Below, one piece after another: positions 12,950 through 26,490 of a DNA stretch of 64,000 nt. The notes beneath the pieces are model-generated. The model had not been told where the DNA came from, made no database searches, and saw only the letters and a program-made list of their open reading frames with translations. The stretch lies in contig OZ365112.1 of NCBI GenBank assembly GCA_977030845.1, positions 10,168,001 through 10,232,000 of the forward strand. Reading direction: 5' to 3'. Position 1 is the first letter of the stretch. Each line of letters opens with the position of its first letter. Source of the DNA: Fimbriosthenelais zetlandica (lineage: Eukaryota). The translations under genes were made by a program, and so were the position numbers.

Positions 12950-14250
12950 AAGTGATGATGGTCATGGATTAGGGTTAATCCTCAAGCTTTAAGTTGTTAC
13001 ATCAGGATATTATTGAGGGGAGCTTGCAGTTTACAGAATGTAATACCCATGGTTTGCTCATAAAATAGTTACGTGTCGATGGATTAAGTTCTCCCTGAAG
13101 CAATCGCTTATTACCTCATCAGTAACTGTCAATCCATATAGATGGAATCCACAAAAATTAATACCCATCCCTCCACTCGGCTGTCTGATGGATCATTTGA
13201 TATAATTTTTGGACTCTCCCAGAATAAGCCATGGTCCATCACTAACAGGTTGCCCTCTGTGAAAATGTCTTTTCTTTGTTGTACCATTTATAAAATTCTT
13301 GGCGACAGATTTTGAGACATAATATATTGATATGTCCTCATTCTAGGTCTGCTTGAAAAGGGCAAGGTTCTAACTTGAAACATTGAACCGTTTCAAGCCA
13401 TGTCTTGATTGAATATATTCAATATGATTCAATATAATAAGACTTGTCAAGTGGAATACATCTGTCGATGCTATCAGTAATTGTGCTATCATAATTGCTA
13501 TCTCACTCGTGATGTGTGTATTGAGTGGTTCTATGAATGAAGATGTATTGGTGTCAGAACGCCAACATTCCTCATAAAGAACTGGTTCCAGTGGCCTGTC
13601 AGAAGCCTTCACGCTTACAAATGAAATAGAAATGAAATCATCGAAGTGGAGTGAAATGTCTCTGGACTTTAGATGAGCAATGATTCCTGCTTGTCGCAGG
13701 CCTGCCATCTTCCTATCGCTTTTGCTAATCAAATAGGACAGTCGATCTGGGTCCTCCCGGGGGTCGTTCAAAAAAGAGTATTTATTCAGGCATTTGCATA
13801 GCAAAATGTATAGATTCTATACATAAGGCAGTTGATAAATATTGATGTGGCTTTCAGAATCAGAAATCAATATTGTAATGATCATTATATTATGCATTTG
13901 ACCATAATTTTCTATAATTTCTTGGCACTACTCTCCTGAGGGTTGTTGTGAGAATTTATGAGAGTGATTCAGTGTTGGGTGGCATTATATATTTGGGCAA
14001 AATCTGATGAGATAGTGCATTTTTCTTATTGAAATATACTTTTTATGAAACTGGTCCCTAGAGAAATAACCTCTGATGGACAGGAATGTGGGTCTGGGCA
14101 AGGGAATGGTTTATTTCGGCCTGATATGTCCATTCGGTGAGCGGGAGGAAGTTGCTTGGTGGGTGTTTGGGGGCCTCTAAGTAAGAGAAGGCAATACTAC
14201 CAAGGACTGGGAGTGGGGGTGAACTGGCTAGCAATGTCTGGAAGTTCAAA
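12950..14250 (-). mobile_element. Decayed Ngaro-like RT-RNase H relic, possibly extending to about 12180
   Basis: SPPLPVL and PKHPPSNF (SPPFPNL; PKK.PGKF) at about 14200-14150; LHFDDFI (HYLDDFL, DD retained) and EPLNTHIT (EGPSTCIT) in ORF 13370-13804; KDI..DHG..NDPS..GWVLIF (DL..WNG..TDAS..GWGA.F) at about 13270-13160; GELNP (LELFP). Confidence 0.65.
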
Positions 14251-14779
14251 TGCATGCAAACCTGGGCTAAGATCTGATAGGTAAACAATCAACTATTTAT
14301 AGGCGCCCATCCCATTAAACCTACTTAACCTTCTGTTTATATTTAACAACAGTTATCAGGGTCCAAAATGTTAAAACAGGTTTTAAAAGTTCATTTTTCT
14401 TTTGAACTGCCATCCTAAAACAAATACCCCCTAGTCCTTTGGAACACATGTATAGGATTGTGAGATTCTACAACATAGCTAGATTGTCATTAGAATTATT
14501 AATAAAATACTTCATAATATTTTATGGAATATATATTCAGGAGAAAAGGAATAATAGGAATTCCAGTATTATATGGAGAAAACAATTGTAAGTTTTTTCT
14601 CAGGGGATAGATTGGATGGAGAGAATATACATGGGGATTGTCTAATCTAGTTTCACCTATATCATGTCCATGATGGCAAATTGATGTTTTATATCAAAGG
14701 TCATTACAGCATGTGTCTGGTACAGAGCCTGATGCACTAGTAGGGACGCAGAGCTTGAGGGAGTTCCATTACTGTTGTC

Positions 14780-14960
14780 AATATGCATTTTCCAGCCCGA
14801 TTGCTCTCCTTTAATGTCAGGCTCGTCTCGCAGGGCGATGTGTCTGGAGGGGGTTGGCGAGCCTCCCTCGCGACCAGCCCCTGGCCATCATTATGCTGCC
14901 TTGATTCTATTGAGAAAAGAGACCAGCATTTGGGGCAAAACATGTGTTGGGTGCTGCAGG
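14780..14960 (+). mobile_element. Decayed Ngaro-like RNase H fragment
   Basis: LLSFN (FL..WN) then GDVSGGGWRA...WP (TDASG.GWGA...WP) in ORF 14783-14974. Confidence 0.5.
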
Positions 14961-15479
14961 CTCTCCAACTCTGATCCCTCAGTGTTATGGAGTATAATTG
15001 GATGAATTAACAGTTTGGTTTGCTCCGGTTCAGTGTGATAATTGAATCAGGGATGATGTTCAAGGTCCAGATTTAGCAGAGCTTATAAATGCTCTAAACC
15101 AAAATCCATAGCATAGTATATTTCTATGGCTCAATATTGCTGTTACCGCAAGATTTTAAAGGTCTCCTGCTGACACAAATTAAGTTTTAATATGATGTTA
15201 TAAAATTTTATTATTTAAAATCCCAAAAGGACCTTTTCAGATATTTACCGATTAAAGGAAGTATTTATTATATGATATTTTACAGGCGACTGCAAATGAA
15301 TCCTGGACCATATACTTTACTTTTACGACGCCCATACAAACTTAATGTACAAGAATGGCTCAGTAGTATACATTTTACCATGTCCCATCCGGCCCACCAG
15401 TGAGGACATTCCCTCTATCAACAACTCCTTGCCTTGCCTTTATCTGTTTGTAAATTTACAAGCGCCACCTACAATAGGC

Positions 15480-17090
15480 TGCAGGAGGAGAAATCCTGAA
15501 GCAATTACAGAAAGGCCATAAACTTGGACGTTTTACGGTCATCATATCTTTGTATAGACTTTTCCGTGAAGAACGCTTGTTTCATGGGCTTCAATGCACA
15601 GCTTTCCTCCCACGCATAAAACAGGGCATCTTATCAGGTTTCTGTACTAAGACTACCCGCTATAGTGACTATTCAGCGAAGCTCAAATACTAGCATTTGC
15701 ACGGTGGATAAATGCATTTCCTAGAATACTTTACTGCTGACTTAGTCATACATTTAGCAAGAATTCCTGCATAGCAATGGGGGTAAAATGAGTTAAAGGT
15801 TTAGTGAAGAATATACAGTTTTTGACAAGTCACAAGATTGACTGACTCAGCGTTCAGGACTATACAGTGACTATGATATGTTTGGAAGCCTTCATTCTGA
15901 GCAGATTTTATGCTTCGTTTGACTGAGAAGATTCAATATCAGTTCACAGACAGCTGGTTGCCTCTTGGATTGGGAATCCCCAGTGGACGGCCAGCGATTG
16001 AGATCTAAGCTATCAGTGTGATATTGGATCTGCAGTTTGAACTGAACATGCCATTGCATTAGTCAGGCAATTCCCCCTGGTCTATCCAGAGGCATTTGAT
16101 ACTCTACCAAGCCTTGGGTATTTTATAGGTGCTTGCCAGGGGAAGAGAAAATAGGGACAGCATCCCTCCTCCCTTCCCTCTTTCCCCTCATATTACCTTA
16201 CTCTCCCCGCATACAGTTACCATTCTGTCCAGCCAATTATCGGATCCCCATCCCTTTCATCCCCTACTTTTCCCCTCTTTCCCCCCGCTCCTTTCCCTCG
16301 CCCATCCATCTCTCTTCTGGCTCTCAGTGCCTGAAGCCAGATAGCATCTAGGTGTTTCTGTGTGCTCACAGACATGGCTGGCTAACTGATAACATCGCCC
16401 GTATCCCCACTCACCTACTCCCAGTGCGAGCGATACCATCATAGCGCCTGGATGACACGCGCGTTCATGATCCGCGCATGTGCGTCAGGTGGAGCAAGCT
16501 CAGGCCTGATTAACACACGCTGGATCTTACCATCATCCAGTTTGGCCCCAATATTGGAAGGCACCATTTAATCAAGGTCGAACCCACAAACAGGCTCTCT
16601 CCCAGCTCCATCTATTTGTCAAGCTTTGGTGTGGATTTCATCCCCCCATGTCTGTCAGGGTGCAAACATACCTGAGTGTCTGTTTCATAGGGGGAAATAT
16701 GCCTCCCATGCCAGACCTTCAACCAGTTTTCCCCCATTTTTTTAGCATCTCCATGGGAGCCTTCACCAGCGCTCAGACCTTGGTACATTAAACCAATTTT
16801 CCAATTGTCTGGTCAGCAAATTGCTTAAAAACATTTCATGGCTTCAAAACCAGACCCCTGATATTATGGGCTTGTTGTTCCAATTACCAGAATATTAATA
16901 TTTGTCAGTATTCGCCCACAGTAAGTTGATGAGACACCTTAGTGGAACCACAGGCTTGGACTGGGAACACCATCATGTATGCCAGTAATGTTCAGTTTTC
17001 CATAGACAGGGCCAGACACGGAAGCCACCTACAAAGGCAATGTCCTCCACAGATCCAAGGGCTTCCCCAGTGGCTTCCCGTGCTAGGTAC
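15480..17090 (+). mobile_element. Decayed YR retrotransposon relic with RT, RNase H trace and tyrosine recombinase (Ngaro-like)
   Basis: RT: KID [2 nt missing] SAFR (15834-15858), TDSWLPLGL, and 29 codons after LPLG cat tag tca ggc aat tcc, i.e. His followed by five codons each one substitution from YLDDF; then YQALGI. RNase H trace: LTDNIA. YR: VQTYLSV, FPI, LILWACC (16858-16878), SNVQF and QCP, all in one frame with few stops. Confidence 0.65.
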
Positions 17091-17999
17091 TCATTAGACC
17101 GACACAAGTATGACTTGTATACAAATATTCAAGTCTGGAACCACAGCTCTATCCCAGACAATGTCCCCTAACCAATAGCTACCAAATGTTGACTCACGGA
17201 ACTTCCAAGAAAGTTCATTTTGGTCTTTTGCATACCTCTCTCTATAATAATAAAATATTTAAAATACATCAAGTTATATCCTATATACCAAAATTACACC
17301 AATACCAAATATACCATAATTATTATAACCAATATTATTTTACAAAAATATCTCTGGTTACATCACTTATGGCCATAATTATTTTATATGGGGAATGGAC
17401 GACGTTCCATGCAAATCAATCAAGAGGCTAAGCCATGGTCTCTCTCACTTTTTAACCACAACCAGAAAGTATAGCATTCATCTGATGAGCAAAGCCTCTT
17501 GCCTGTCATAAAGTAAGCACTCGGCTTTAAAAGGGTTCTGATATAATCTAGGAAGATACTATAGGGATGACCCTAAATTGTCATTCATTTATTTTAATGA
17601 CAATTGGGCCGTTAAGGACGATATGAGGGGTCTCTGTGGTGGTAAGCCAGGAGCAGTGAGTGTACATTGAGGCAGTACATCGCTTACATGTTATGAGTAC
17701 AAGCTCTTTCACCTGGCCAGAGTCAACAACCTCCCAACACCTTAATGGGATAAAGGCTATGTATGGGGAGGGGAATATTTTGTGAAACGTCACCCTGGAG
17801 CATCGTTGAGGACCTCGGGGCCTAATCCATTTGTAGGGTCCTCCAGGGGATCAACTATTCCATTCAATCATCCAATCTGGCCCGGATAAGATAGGAGAAG
17901 GGGTTAGTAAGTGGGGGAAGAGGAGCCCTGACCGACAGCTAGGGCCTTGGCTTACTACACTAACCACAAACCAACCACCACACACCAGTTTTCCCCTAC

Positions 18000-19140
18000 A
18001 AGATCCATTTCCTATTAGCCTTACGGGTATCAATCAGGCGAGACCCTTGTGACCTCGGCCTTCTGCTATCTTGACAAAGGATGGTTGTAGAAAATCCCTT
18101 TCTGTCCACACCAAAGTGGGCCCTTTTCTCCTTGAAGGCCTCAGAACGGGGCTATTTGTAAACAAAAGCCAGGGGATTATCTCGGCTTTGCTTCTCTGTC
18201 CATACTCCAGCCACCAAAGATGGACACAAGAGATGGATCAATTATAAAGGCTGGAAGATGCTCCAAAGGTACCATGCTTCTCATGCAACCTTCCAGGACA
18301 AGATAAAAGGAACTGAAAGTCTTGCTTGAGATGATTAATTAATGATAATATCAGAATCATATTGAGTTAATTTTAAATTTCAAATGCTATTTCATGATAT
18401 AACCTCATGTTATGTGACATTTGCTCAATTTGCCAGGTTATATAGTGCATTCAGGAACTACTCTTGCTGAAAAGCCTGAAATGATTGCCTTTACTGCCAA
18501 CGACACCATGGTGCTAAAGACCCTATTAGAAAGGCTTAAACCATTAATTGTCCTACTGCAACCGGCTTCATCCTTGAATCTGATATCTGTGATAATTACA
18601 TGTACCTATCAGATTGCTCGATTACATTTCTATTGTCCATGATTAATGGCAATTATCAGCAACGATAGTATCAAATTTGCATGTGTCGGCAGATTTGGGG
18701 ACGTGGGGGCATTTAGGTGAGTGGGGATGGCTGGATATTGGTATATTATTATACCATTCGTTTTACAATCAGATCTGCACCCTCATGCCTCTGGAAGTAA
18801 TGGTTTACAGATTTAATCCATCTCTTGTGTGTGGGGTTGGGGGAGGGGGTACTTCATACTCAGACATTGAGTGCAGTCTGAAGTAGAGCCGAGCAAACAC
18901 CTTTCAAACACTTGGATATTATTCATAGCTTTTAAGAGCTGTTCATTTACTCGGGTTGGAGAGAGATAGGCTGGAGCATATTGGGTGACTATGGAAAGGT
19001 AGATGTATGGCGTTTTTGTATCGGTGAATGATGGGTGGAAATTCCCTTCATTGAGGCATGCTAGAAGCGCCCAAAACAAATATGGCTGGACGGGCAATGA
19101 TTATCACCCATATTGGCGAGTGTCTATGTTGTGATATGAG
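18000..19140 (+). mobile_element. Decayed Ngaro-like RT-RNase H relic
   Basis: SGPF (18115-18126) and GAICKQKPGDYLGFASLS with the spacing of GLVPKKEPGKFRLIHHLS; GTTLAEKPE (GVPLA.EKTE); ADLGTW..EW; HASGSNG (DASGS.G); SF*ELF (TFLELF); THIG (HIPG). Confidence 0.65.
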
Positions 19141-19349
19141 CAAGGTTCATGAGTGCAGCACTAAAAGCAATGTTTTCAAATGATATTGCAATGCTCTAGC
19201 CTTGATTCTAATAACCTAACATAATTCTAGTAGCACTGGATTAATTAATGATCAACTCAAGAGAAAATATTTTCATCTTTAAAACATACATTTTTAAAAC
19301 TATATAAAACGTATCTATGAAAATAAGGGGGGATGAGGGACACCATAAT

Positions 19350-19490
19350 TACGTAGTAAAAGGCTTGACATTAATGGAGTTGTTGGAGTAGGAGAGACGT
19401 GGGAGGAGAAAGCAGTGAAATATTTCCATGCATATCAATATTCGCCACACATGCCCCCCTTTGTGAATGGTAGAAGAACTTCCGGGTATC
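19350..19490 (-). mobile_element. Short Ngaro-like RT N-terminal fragment
   Basis: IHKGGHVWRI (VPKK.PGKFRL) then RLSYSNNSIN (HLSYPEGSSIN). Confidence 0.4.
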
Positions 19491-20099
19491 CCATATATAT
19501 GGGTCAGAGCTACCATGTGCTCCCTATTGGCAAGGGCGCGAGTAGCAGCTGCTCCCGACCCCATTCCTCAAAGAACCAACTCCCGTGGCCCAGAATCCCA
19601 CCAGAAATGGGACACATACTCACTGGAGGAGCGAAAAGACTTAGGACTGCAGCAGACAGCTGATCTTAGTGGAGGTTGTGGGGCGGGATTGAGACTGTTG
19701 GCTAGATAAGGCGAGAAAAAACAGTCTTACTACGACTCCCCGAGCACCTCCTGCCCATCCACGTATGGCAAGCAGATCTAACTAGGAGAATATGATCACA
19801 AGATGGAAAAGAAACCAGAGACGCTGGATCAACATTGTCAGAGCATGAAGATGGCCAGGAGTTGTCATGGTGTTTATTAACCTGAAAACGACCAGGCCAA
19901 GTCAGGGCATGTGGTGTTGGCGCGGGGCCGCCGATTGACTACAGCTCGCGGGGGTCAGGGGCCAGGTCTGGGCAGCCATTTATATTTTGCTTGTAAAAAG
20001 AAATCCAGTCTAAATCCTATCAGATCTGCTTACTTAGGGTCTAGAGATAACCCGTGAGTCACGGTGGAAGCAGGATGAAGACTGCTCCCATCGATTGCC

Positions 20100-22050
20100 A
20101 ACACAGTGATTTCAGCACCAGCTTTCCGACACATGCAATGTTCCATGTGAATCCCATGGTAGTTATCTTTCACAATATATAACAATTTTCACTGAATTAA
20201 TCAGCTTTTAATCCTATTTAACCTTGCAATCAGGACATACCAAAGCAAATTGAGCAATTAACGCTTAACCATTCAATGACAGAGGCACATTTAGGCCAAT
20301 AGCATGTGAAATGGTCCGAAACATTGCCAACAGCTCATGGAGTGTAAGAGTTAATTGTAATTGACCATGTGGACGGTAAAATTATCATCAGTTAAGCACC
20401 ATGTAGCAATTGGTTGGCGATTCACCAGGGCGGACTGCATGACCCATGCTAAATAGCCCCAGGAGGGAAGCATGACTAGCGAAAAACTGGATAAATCCAC
20501 CAACAAGGCCTTTTGCTTCAATTGCCTGCCCGACACCCCAGCTGCTGTATTCCTGTATTTATGCCTACTGTGGGACACCAATAGGGTCTTTAATATCCAT
20601 AGAATAAGGCAAAAAAGACATTGAAATATCCACTTCCATTGCAGGGAACCGGAGCATATGGCAGGTTTTTACATTGGGATGGTAGATATCACACTTTTGG
20701 TGGGAAATCAATATAACATTGAGCATTATATTTATAATATTGATGGTCTCCTCTGTGGCTTCGTGTTGAGCTGTGAATCACCAAGCCTTCAACTGGAGCA
20801 TCCACTCTGGGGGAAATAACATGCAGTGCCTTACAGGGCAAACAAGATGGGCTTATCTCAAGGGAAATAAGTATAATTTAGGGAGTTATATACACAAATG
20901 AACGTGTGAGGTGATACGGACAGTGCCGTGGCCATTTTATAGCCATGTACATACATGCAGTGGCAACACATTTACCAGTACAATAGGAAAGCTCAATTTT
21001 AACTAGCATAAGCGTCAAAGCATAACAGAGTGGCTCCAAGTACCACATTCTTTCTCTCTCAACAAAGCAACAACACTCTTTGCTTTGAGAATGTGCCAAA
21101 GACCAATGCAGTGTACACAAAGAAACATCTCGGGCATGGTTTTTCCTCCCATTCATCCCCTATTGCAGACTCACCTACCGCATTCAGTCAACAAATCACC
21201 AATTTCCCCATAGTGTATGGCAAACATTGAATGTTTTCCTTCAATTGCATCATGTTACTCTTCGGGCAGGGAATGGGATGCCTCGCCAATATACCCGCCA
21301 TGGCTATCTCGCCTAAGGCTGACATTTCCTCAAAGCATCTGTTGAAGGTAATCTTCCTTGGCTTCCGTCCAAGACAGATAGCTTTGAAGCCACCACTACA
21401 ACAACGGTTTGAGTATAGGCGAGGCTCTCTCTTCTGTTAGAGCTCTCTGTGAATGGCAGGCAGAAAAACGAGTGAATGAAAGATCTTAATATCAAAGAAG
21501 TTGAGGGACTAATGGTAAGTTCTGTATGCAGTAGTTGGCAATGAAGTGTTAAAGTATGACAGGCTTACTAAACCAAATAATGAAAGACTGGCTTCTTGTT
21601 TACAAGTGGTAAAATGCATCAAGGATCTCAAGTGTTGTCTTGACTTGAATGTGGTATTTCCTTTCCCGTATACTTTCGACAACATCCAACATTAAAGGTA
21701 GTGTGTTAATCTATTGATGGGATGAATAGAGCATTGGTACTTGGAATGTAGCAGTAAACTTTGTTACATAATTATGTGAAGGCATTTGCAGGCTGGTTCT
21801 GGCCTAAACCCTCCTCGATTCGTATGTAATCCAGTTGGCAAAATCGACAGGAAATTCTGGTTCCACTCCATCAAGCCAAGGTCAGAAAGTCTCAACATTA
21901 AGTAACATATTAATGAGTGGGAAATGTTCAATAATCAATAATCGACAAACTGTCCATCTGGGCTGTGATCTGGGACCTGTTGTCTTATGTAAGGTTGATG
22001 AACCAAGGCCTGCTTTAATAGAGTATGGCCTCGCTCTTGGTTATAAACAG
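20100..22050 (-). mobile_element. Decayed Ngaro-like RT-RNase H relic
   Basis: VP...PDGQF (about 21980), FFCLPFTESS (DRCLPFGLRS), SVLDG (HYLDD), GIPFPARR (GVPLAPEK), and DDNFTVHMVN (CDN.AVV.IIN) at about 20390-20360, in the expected order. Confidence 0.5.
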
Positions 22051-23869
22051 CCACATTTAGCTGTATCAGCCTTATTGTCCTATATCAAGCACATCAAATT
22101 TTTCTCGACACCATTAGCCCATTGACAGAACAGTATATCATAAGGCCTGTAAGTTTTATAATTATGTTTACATAGAAAAGCAATTATCATGAATAATTAA
22201 AACCCTCTGATGCAGTTTTCCGCCTTCTCATAACATAAATCTCAAAGGAAGGTTTAGAACTAATTTCCCTTCATCAGTGAGAAATAGGCGATATTAATTA
22301 TCCATGCAGCAAGCTTTAAGCTATGATTTAAAATGCTGCGGTATTACTGCTCATCTTAAAATCGATGGCTTTGTGGGGGGTTTTGCAGGGGATTCCACAC
22401 GCTGAAACACTGCCCAGTTAATATATATATATATATGTGTGGTATTATATAGGCAAGCAGGAAGATAGGCAACTTCCGCTTCCGCTTCCGTCCCCATCCC
22501 CTGTCTTGTCTTTTACTTACACCTGTGGGAAATATATTGGATGTAAATTTAAAGGTTAATTACAGGAGGACCTGGTATCCTTGCCTTGGTGGGAGATTCG
22601 TCGGTTGAGGGGATATTCAGCTGTTCACAGAGGGAGTTCAGAGAAGAATTCAGTGTTAAGTCGTTCAAACACCACAGGGACCCTAGCGGAAGTATATCTA
22701 AATTCTAATTTACAGCCCCCAGCCTGTACTTCCGGTTTGACCAGTCCAAGGACAGCCACCCTTAAGCTCAAATTAAGTGACTCAAGGTGGTCGAGACGGG
22801 AACTACTTTTTTAATAACCGTCATGATGGGACGCGGAAGGATACACCTGCAAGGTTCAATAGGTGACCATCTCCTGCACTTTGCATGAAAGTTCATGTGC
22901 ATTGTGTGCTGCTCGACCTTTTAATAGGCTCCTCAAGGGCCTGACATTAAGAAAAATAATTAAACCGGCCGGATGCCTATGGTTTGGTGAGGAAAAAAGA
23001 TAGGAACTGTGTGATTTAGAAAGATACCCAAGAACATGGGAGCGTCCATGACAGCATGGGGCGGAGGGAGACGGTGAGGGATGAGGTGATTGTATGACGG
23101 AAGGTTTACATGTGGTTTCCCTTCCACAGTGACAGATTCATACAGTCAAGGTATGAAATACACATGTGAGGTGTTTAACTGTTCAACCACATGGTCTTCA
23201 TGGTATTTAGATTGTAAATATAGGCCTCTTTTTTCTTGAACATTCTCTATATACATGTACCTCTATACAAGCAAAGTTACAAGGATCTATGTACTTGCTG
23301 AATAGAATGGGCCTCTTTCCTATTGTTGTTTATTATCCAAAAACATACTTGTGCTTTCTCACATGTTGTGGGGGTTCTGTTCTAAGAGGTTCACTTGAAG
23401 AAATATTAATATATGGTTCATATTACACAGGACGATTATAAACTGAATAGTTACTTCACTAGGGCTTGGGAATGGAATACTGAATACAGGAGCATCAATA
23501 TCTAAGTTCCTGTGACATTATTTGAAATATATACATGTACTGAAATGAACGAATAGGTTTAAAAAATAATTATTCCTGTTACGATAAATCTATTTCGAGT
23601 TTATTTATATGACATCTAGACATAAACTGCTTGAAATATTTAATATTGAGAGCCTACCCCTATAGAATGATAAATAACTTCATCGTACTAAGCCTGCCAA
23701 TCATCTCACGTGGAGATTATGATGCATGGTGACAAGCCAGTGAAATACTAGCAAAAAAGATGCAGAGAAAGATTAAAATGAACCCAAGTGTCAGATCCCC
23801 TGATATAGATGCTTTTGGAGAGGTATATACAAACATTGGTATGGCATGCTCTTAGAAGGAAAACCCCGC

Positions 23870-24160
23870 ACATCACCTCTTTAATCAGCCTTTCAAATTC
23901 ATTAATCTCCTTTGGCTTTTATATAAATCCACTGCTTCGGATAAGTAGTTCAAGGGGCCGCTTGCTACACTTTAATCTAGTGAAACTACTCGGCGAGAGG
24001 TGAGGCAGGCCCTTAATGATGCCCCAGGTTGATGGGGGCCCGCCAGGGAGCCATGTCTAGGGGGCAGTGACTCCCAGTGGTGTATCTAGGAATGGTGCGA
24101 TCCAGCTGTCTGACAGCAGTTACTCCGTTCTGCACACCTACAGTTGTAATTGATTGAGTC
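23870..24160 (+). mobile_element. Decayed Ngaro-like RT C-terminal/RNase H fragment
   Basis: TSLISLSN (QSLIG.LN), RGRLLHFNLVKLL (PGRTFLRRLIDLL, same spacing), SRNG (SWNG). Confidence 0.45.
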
Positions 24161-25959
24161 AATAGTGAAGGGGTTAATTAAAGGGTTGAACTATATCATT
24201 AACATCCATTACCGACATGTAGGTCTAAATTGATTGTTTGTTTGGATCCATTAGTGCGTTCCTTTGTCTATTATATATCCCTCACTCTTTGAATTCTCAT
24301 CTCTGTCCCAGGATTAAAATTGTATGTTAGAAAAAACCATGGTTTAACATGATTAAAGCACTAACGGCAATTAATAGAGAACTGAACTTTACTTGTGAAC
24401 TTTTCTGGAAGGTAATACGGGAGAGAACTCGCCTGGAAAGCACTGGAATTAATCATTCTTATGGTTCAATATTAAATGCCCTCCTTGATTTAACCGTAAA
24501 CTTAAGCATTGCATATATACAAAATAATGTCAACACAATTATTTAAATGGTCAATCTACAGAATGATCCTAATCTTAATATGATCTTAATATTGTGTCAG
24601 ACAATTGCTTCAGTTTAAAAATATAAAAGGAAAGGAAGTACAAAGGTAAAAATAACTGGTTCGTGGTCCAAAACACATCTATAGTTATAGAGCATGGATT
24701 CAAGGCCATGTAAACAGACACAGACTGCACACAGTAACAGATGGTCACTCAAAAAGCCCATCAAGAGCGGAACACATCTTTGGTTAGCGATTAAATCACT
24801 CGCTGATTGTTTATAAAGCATTGATTTGACAATAATATTCAAATTTAATTGCATTCAGGGATCAATATGCTATGTGTTGTGCTATTATACATCTAAGGTG
24901 CCATGTATTGTACCAGTGCTTGATTTAAATGGCAAATTTTAATTATAAGTTATTTATTTATACCAGACATTTATTTGAAGCCTTTGTCCAAAATATTATA
25001 GACCTATGATAGACAATAAACCTATGATAGGCAATAAATACTGTCCATTCGATGCATTAAATTCTGGTTAAATGTATTCCCAAGCTGTATGGCAATATTT
25101 TCATGGCGAGAAAAACTGAGACAAGACTGGTACATGATAAATAAGTTATCCTTGACCTCTCCAAGGCCTATATATGTATATAAATGGTTCCATTCATCAC
25201 CATGACAGAATGATATGTTGTAGTGAATTGTGAGTGTGTAACACACTACAAGCTACCACAGCATGGACCTCCCTAGAGAAGGCTTGATTGGCTGGCATTA
25301 TTGAACAAACGAGAAGGAGAGCCAGCAGTTGAAAATGGGGAGGACAAGGGAGGTCAAGTGCCAGGGCTTCAACTGAGGAGAGGCATTTGGTAAACAAGGC
25401 CAATTGTGGCGAGTCAGTCTCTATCGAATCTTGGACCTTCTGGTGGCCGAGGTGGAGCTTGGTTGAAGAACCAGGCGATCAGGAAAGGAGTAGTATATGG
25501 GATAGAGGGAATTGTAGCAGGCTCAGTCAATGGGGTCGATGTACAACCATTGGTGTACAATGACCCAAATGATAAAAAAACTGAGGACCTATAATTATCA
25601 AACGATTATATTGAAAGAAATTCAAATTTAAATCTGTTAAAAATGTGTGCCTTTCGTTCCAAATGACTTTTGGAGTTTAATGGACTGGGATCAGATTTGG
25701 CCAATGTAATAAGCACCTTTCAGAGGTAGATTCATCAAGTCTGAATGTAGACGAAGGCCTTATCATCCCCCACCCTCCAAGCAGAGAATGATCGGGCTTT
25801 TCACAGCTTCCACCTTTGATACTGTCTCCCCGGCACAATGGATCTGCCGCGTCTCACCGCCTTTCCCTTCACCCCTTTCCGCTGGCCTTTCCTCGCCCAG
25901 GTGCTGGGCCACCATTCACCCACCAACCCGGACAGCAAATATATCGCCCTCTCCCCACC

Positions 25960-26490
25960 CTCATCAAATACCACACCCTTTCAGGAATTTCATCTGGGCA
26001 TTTTCACTGCCCAGTCCCAAATTCAGCAGAGCCTTTTGTGGTGGCGGTCGAGCAGGGTAATCGAGTGTGGCCAGCGAATTCATTTTTCCACCAGAAAGGA
26101 CCATACCTGGGGTCGTGGCTATCTGTTCATCCGACCCTGGCATCTTTTGATCCCACTATTGACATAGTTCAATATTGAAGGATCCAGCTGGCAAATCCTC
26201 CACTGCTGGACCTAGATATATAAAGCCTGTCCGCCATGGCAAAGCTACCAGTGTCCCTCACCTATATAGCCCGTCTCTGACCACTCACATTGCCTTTGTC
26301 TCTCTACTGATATTTTATTCCCAGTAGACCCCACCATTTTTGCTAATCTAATGCTTGAAAGCATCAACATCGATGTTGAATAGATGTACATAGAATAGGA
26401 AGGGCAGAAAGGGCAGTGTGGAGGCTGCATTGACAAAGCAAGGAAAAAATAATTTGCCATAGTACGTGCCATTTCAAATGACATTTTTTA
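25960..26490 (+). mobile_element. Decayed Ngaro-like RT relic
   Basis: PFQEFHLG (PFPNFH..LG), ASFDPTIDIV (ASFDDAI.LI), LDI*S (26212-26226; taa is one change from Lys in LDIKS), LPV (IPV). Confidence 0.55.

Noticed and set aside
6875-20388. 16/17 nt match between 6875-6891(+) and 20372-20388(-) at the DN motif
   Set aside because: Consistent with paralogous relics, but a match this short is expected by chance in AT-rich DNA.
21441-21514. Acceptor/donor pair (ctgttAG ... ATG|gtaagt)
   Set aside because: Stops in all frames, and it overlaps an opposite-strand relic.
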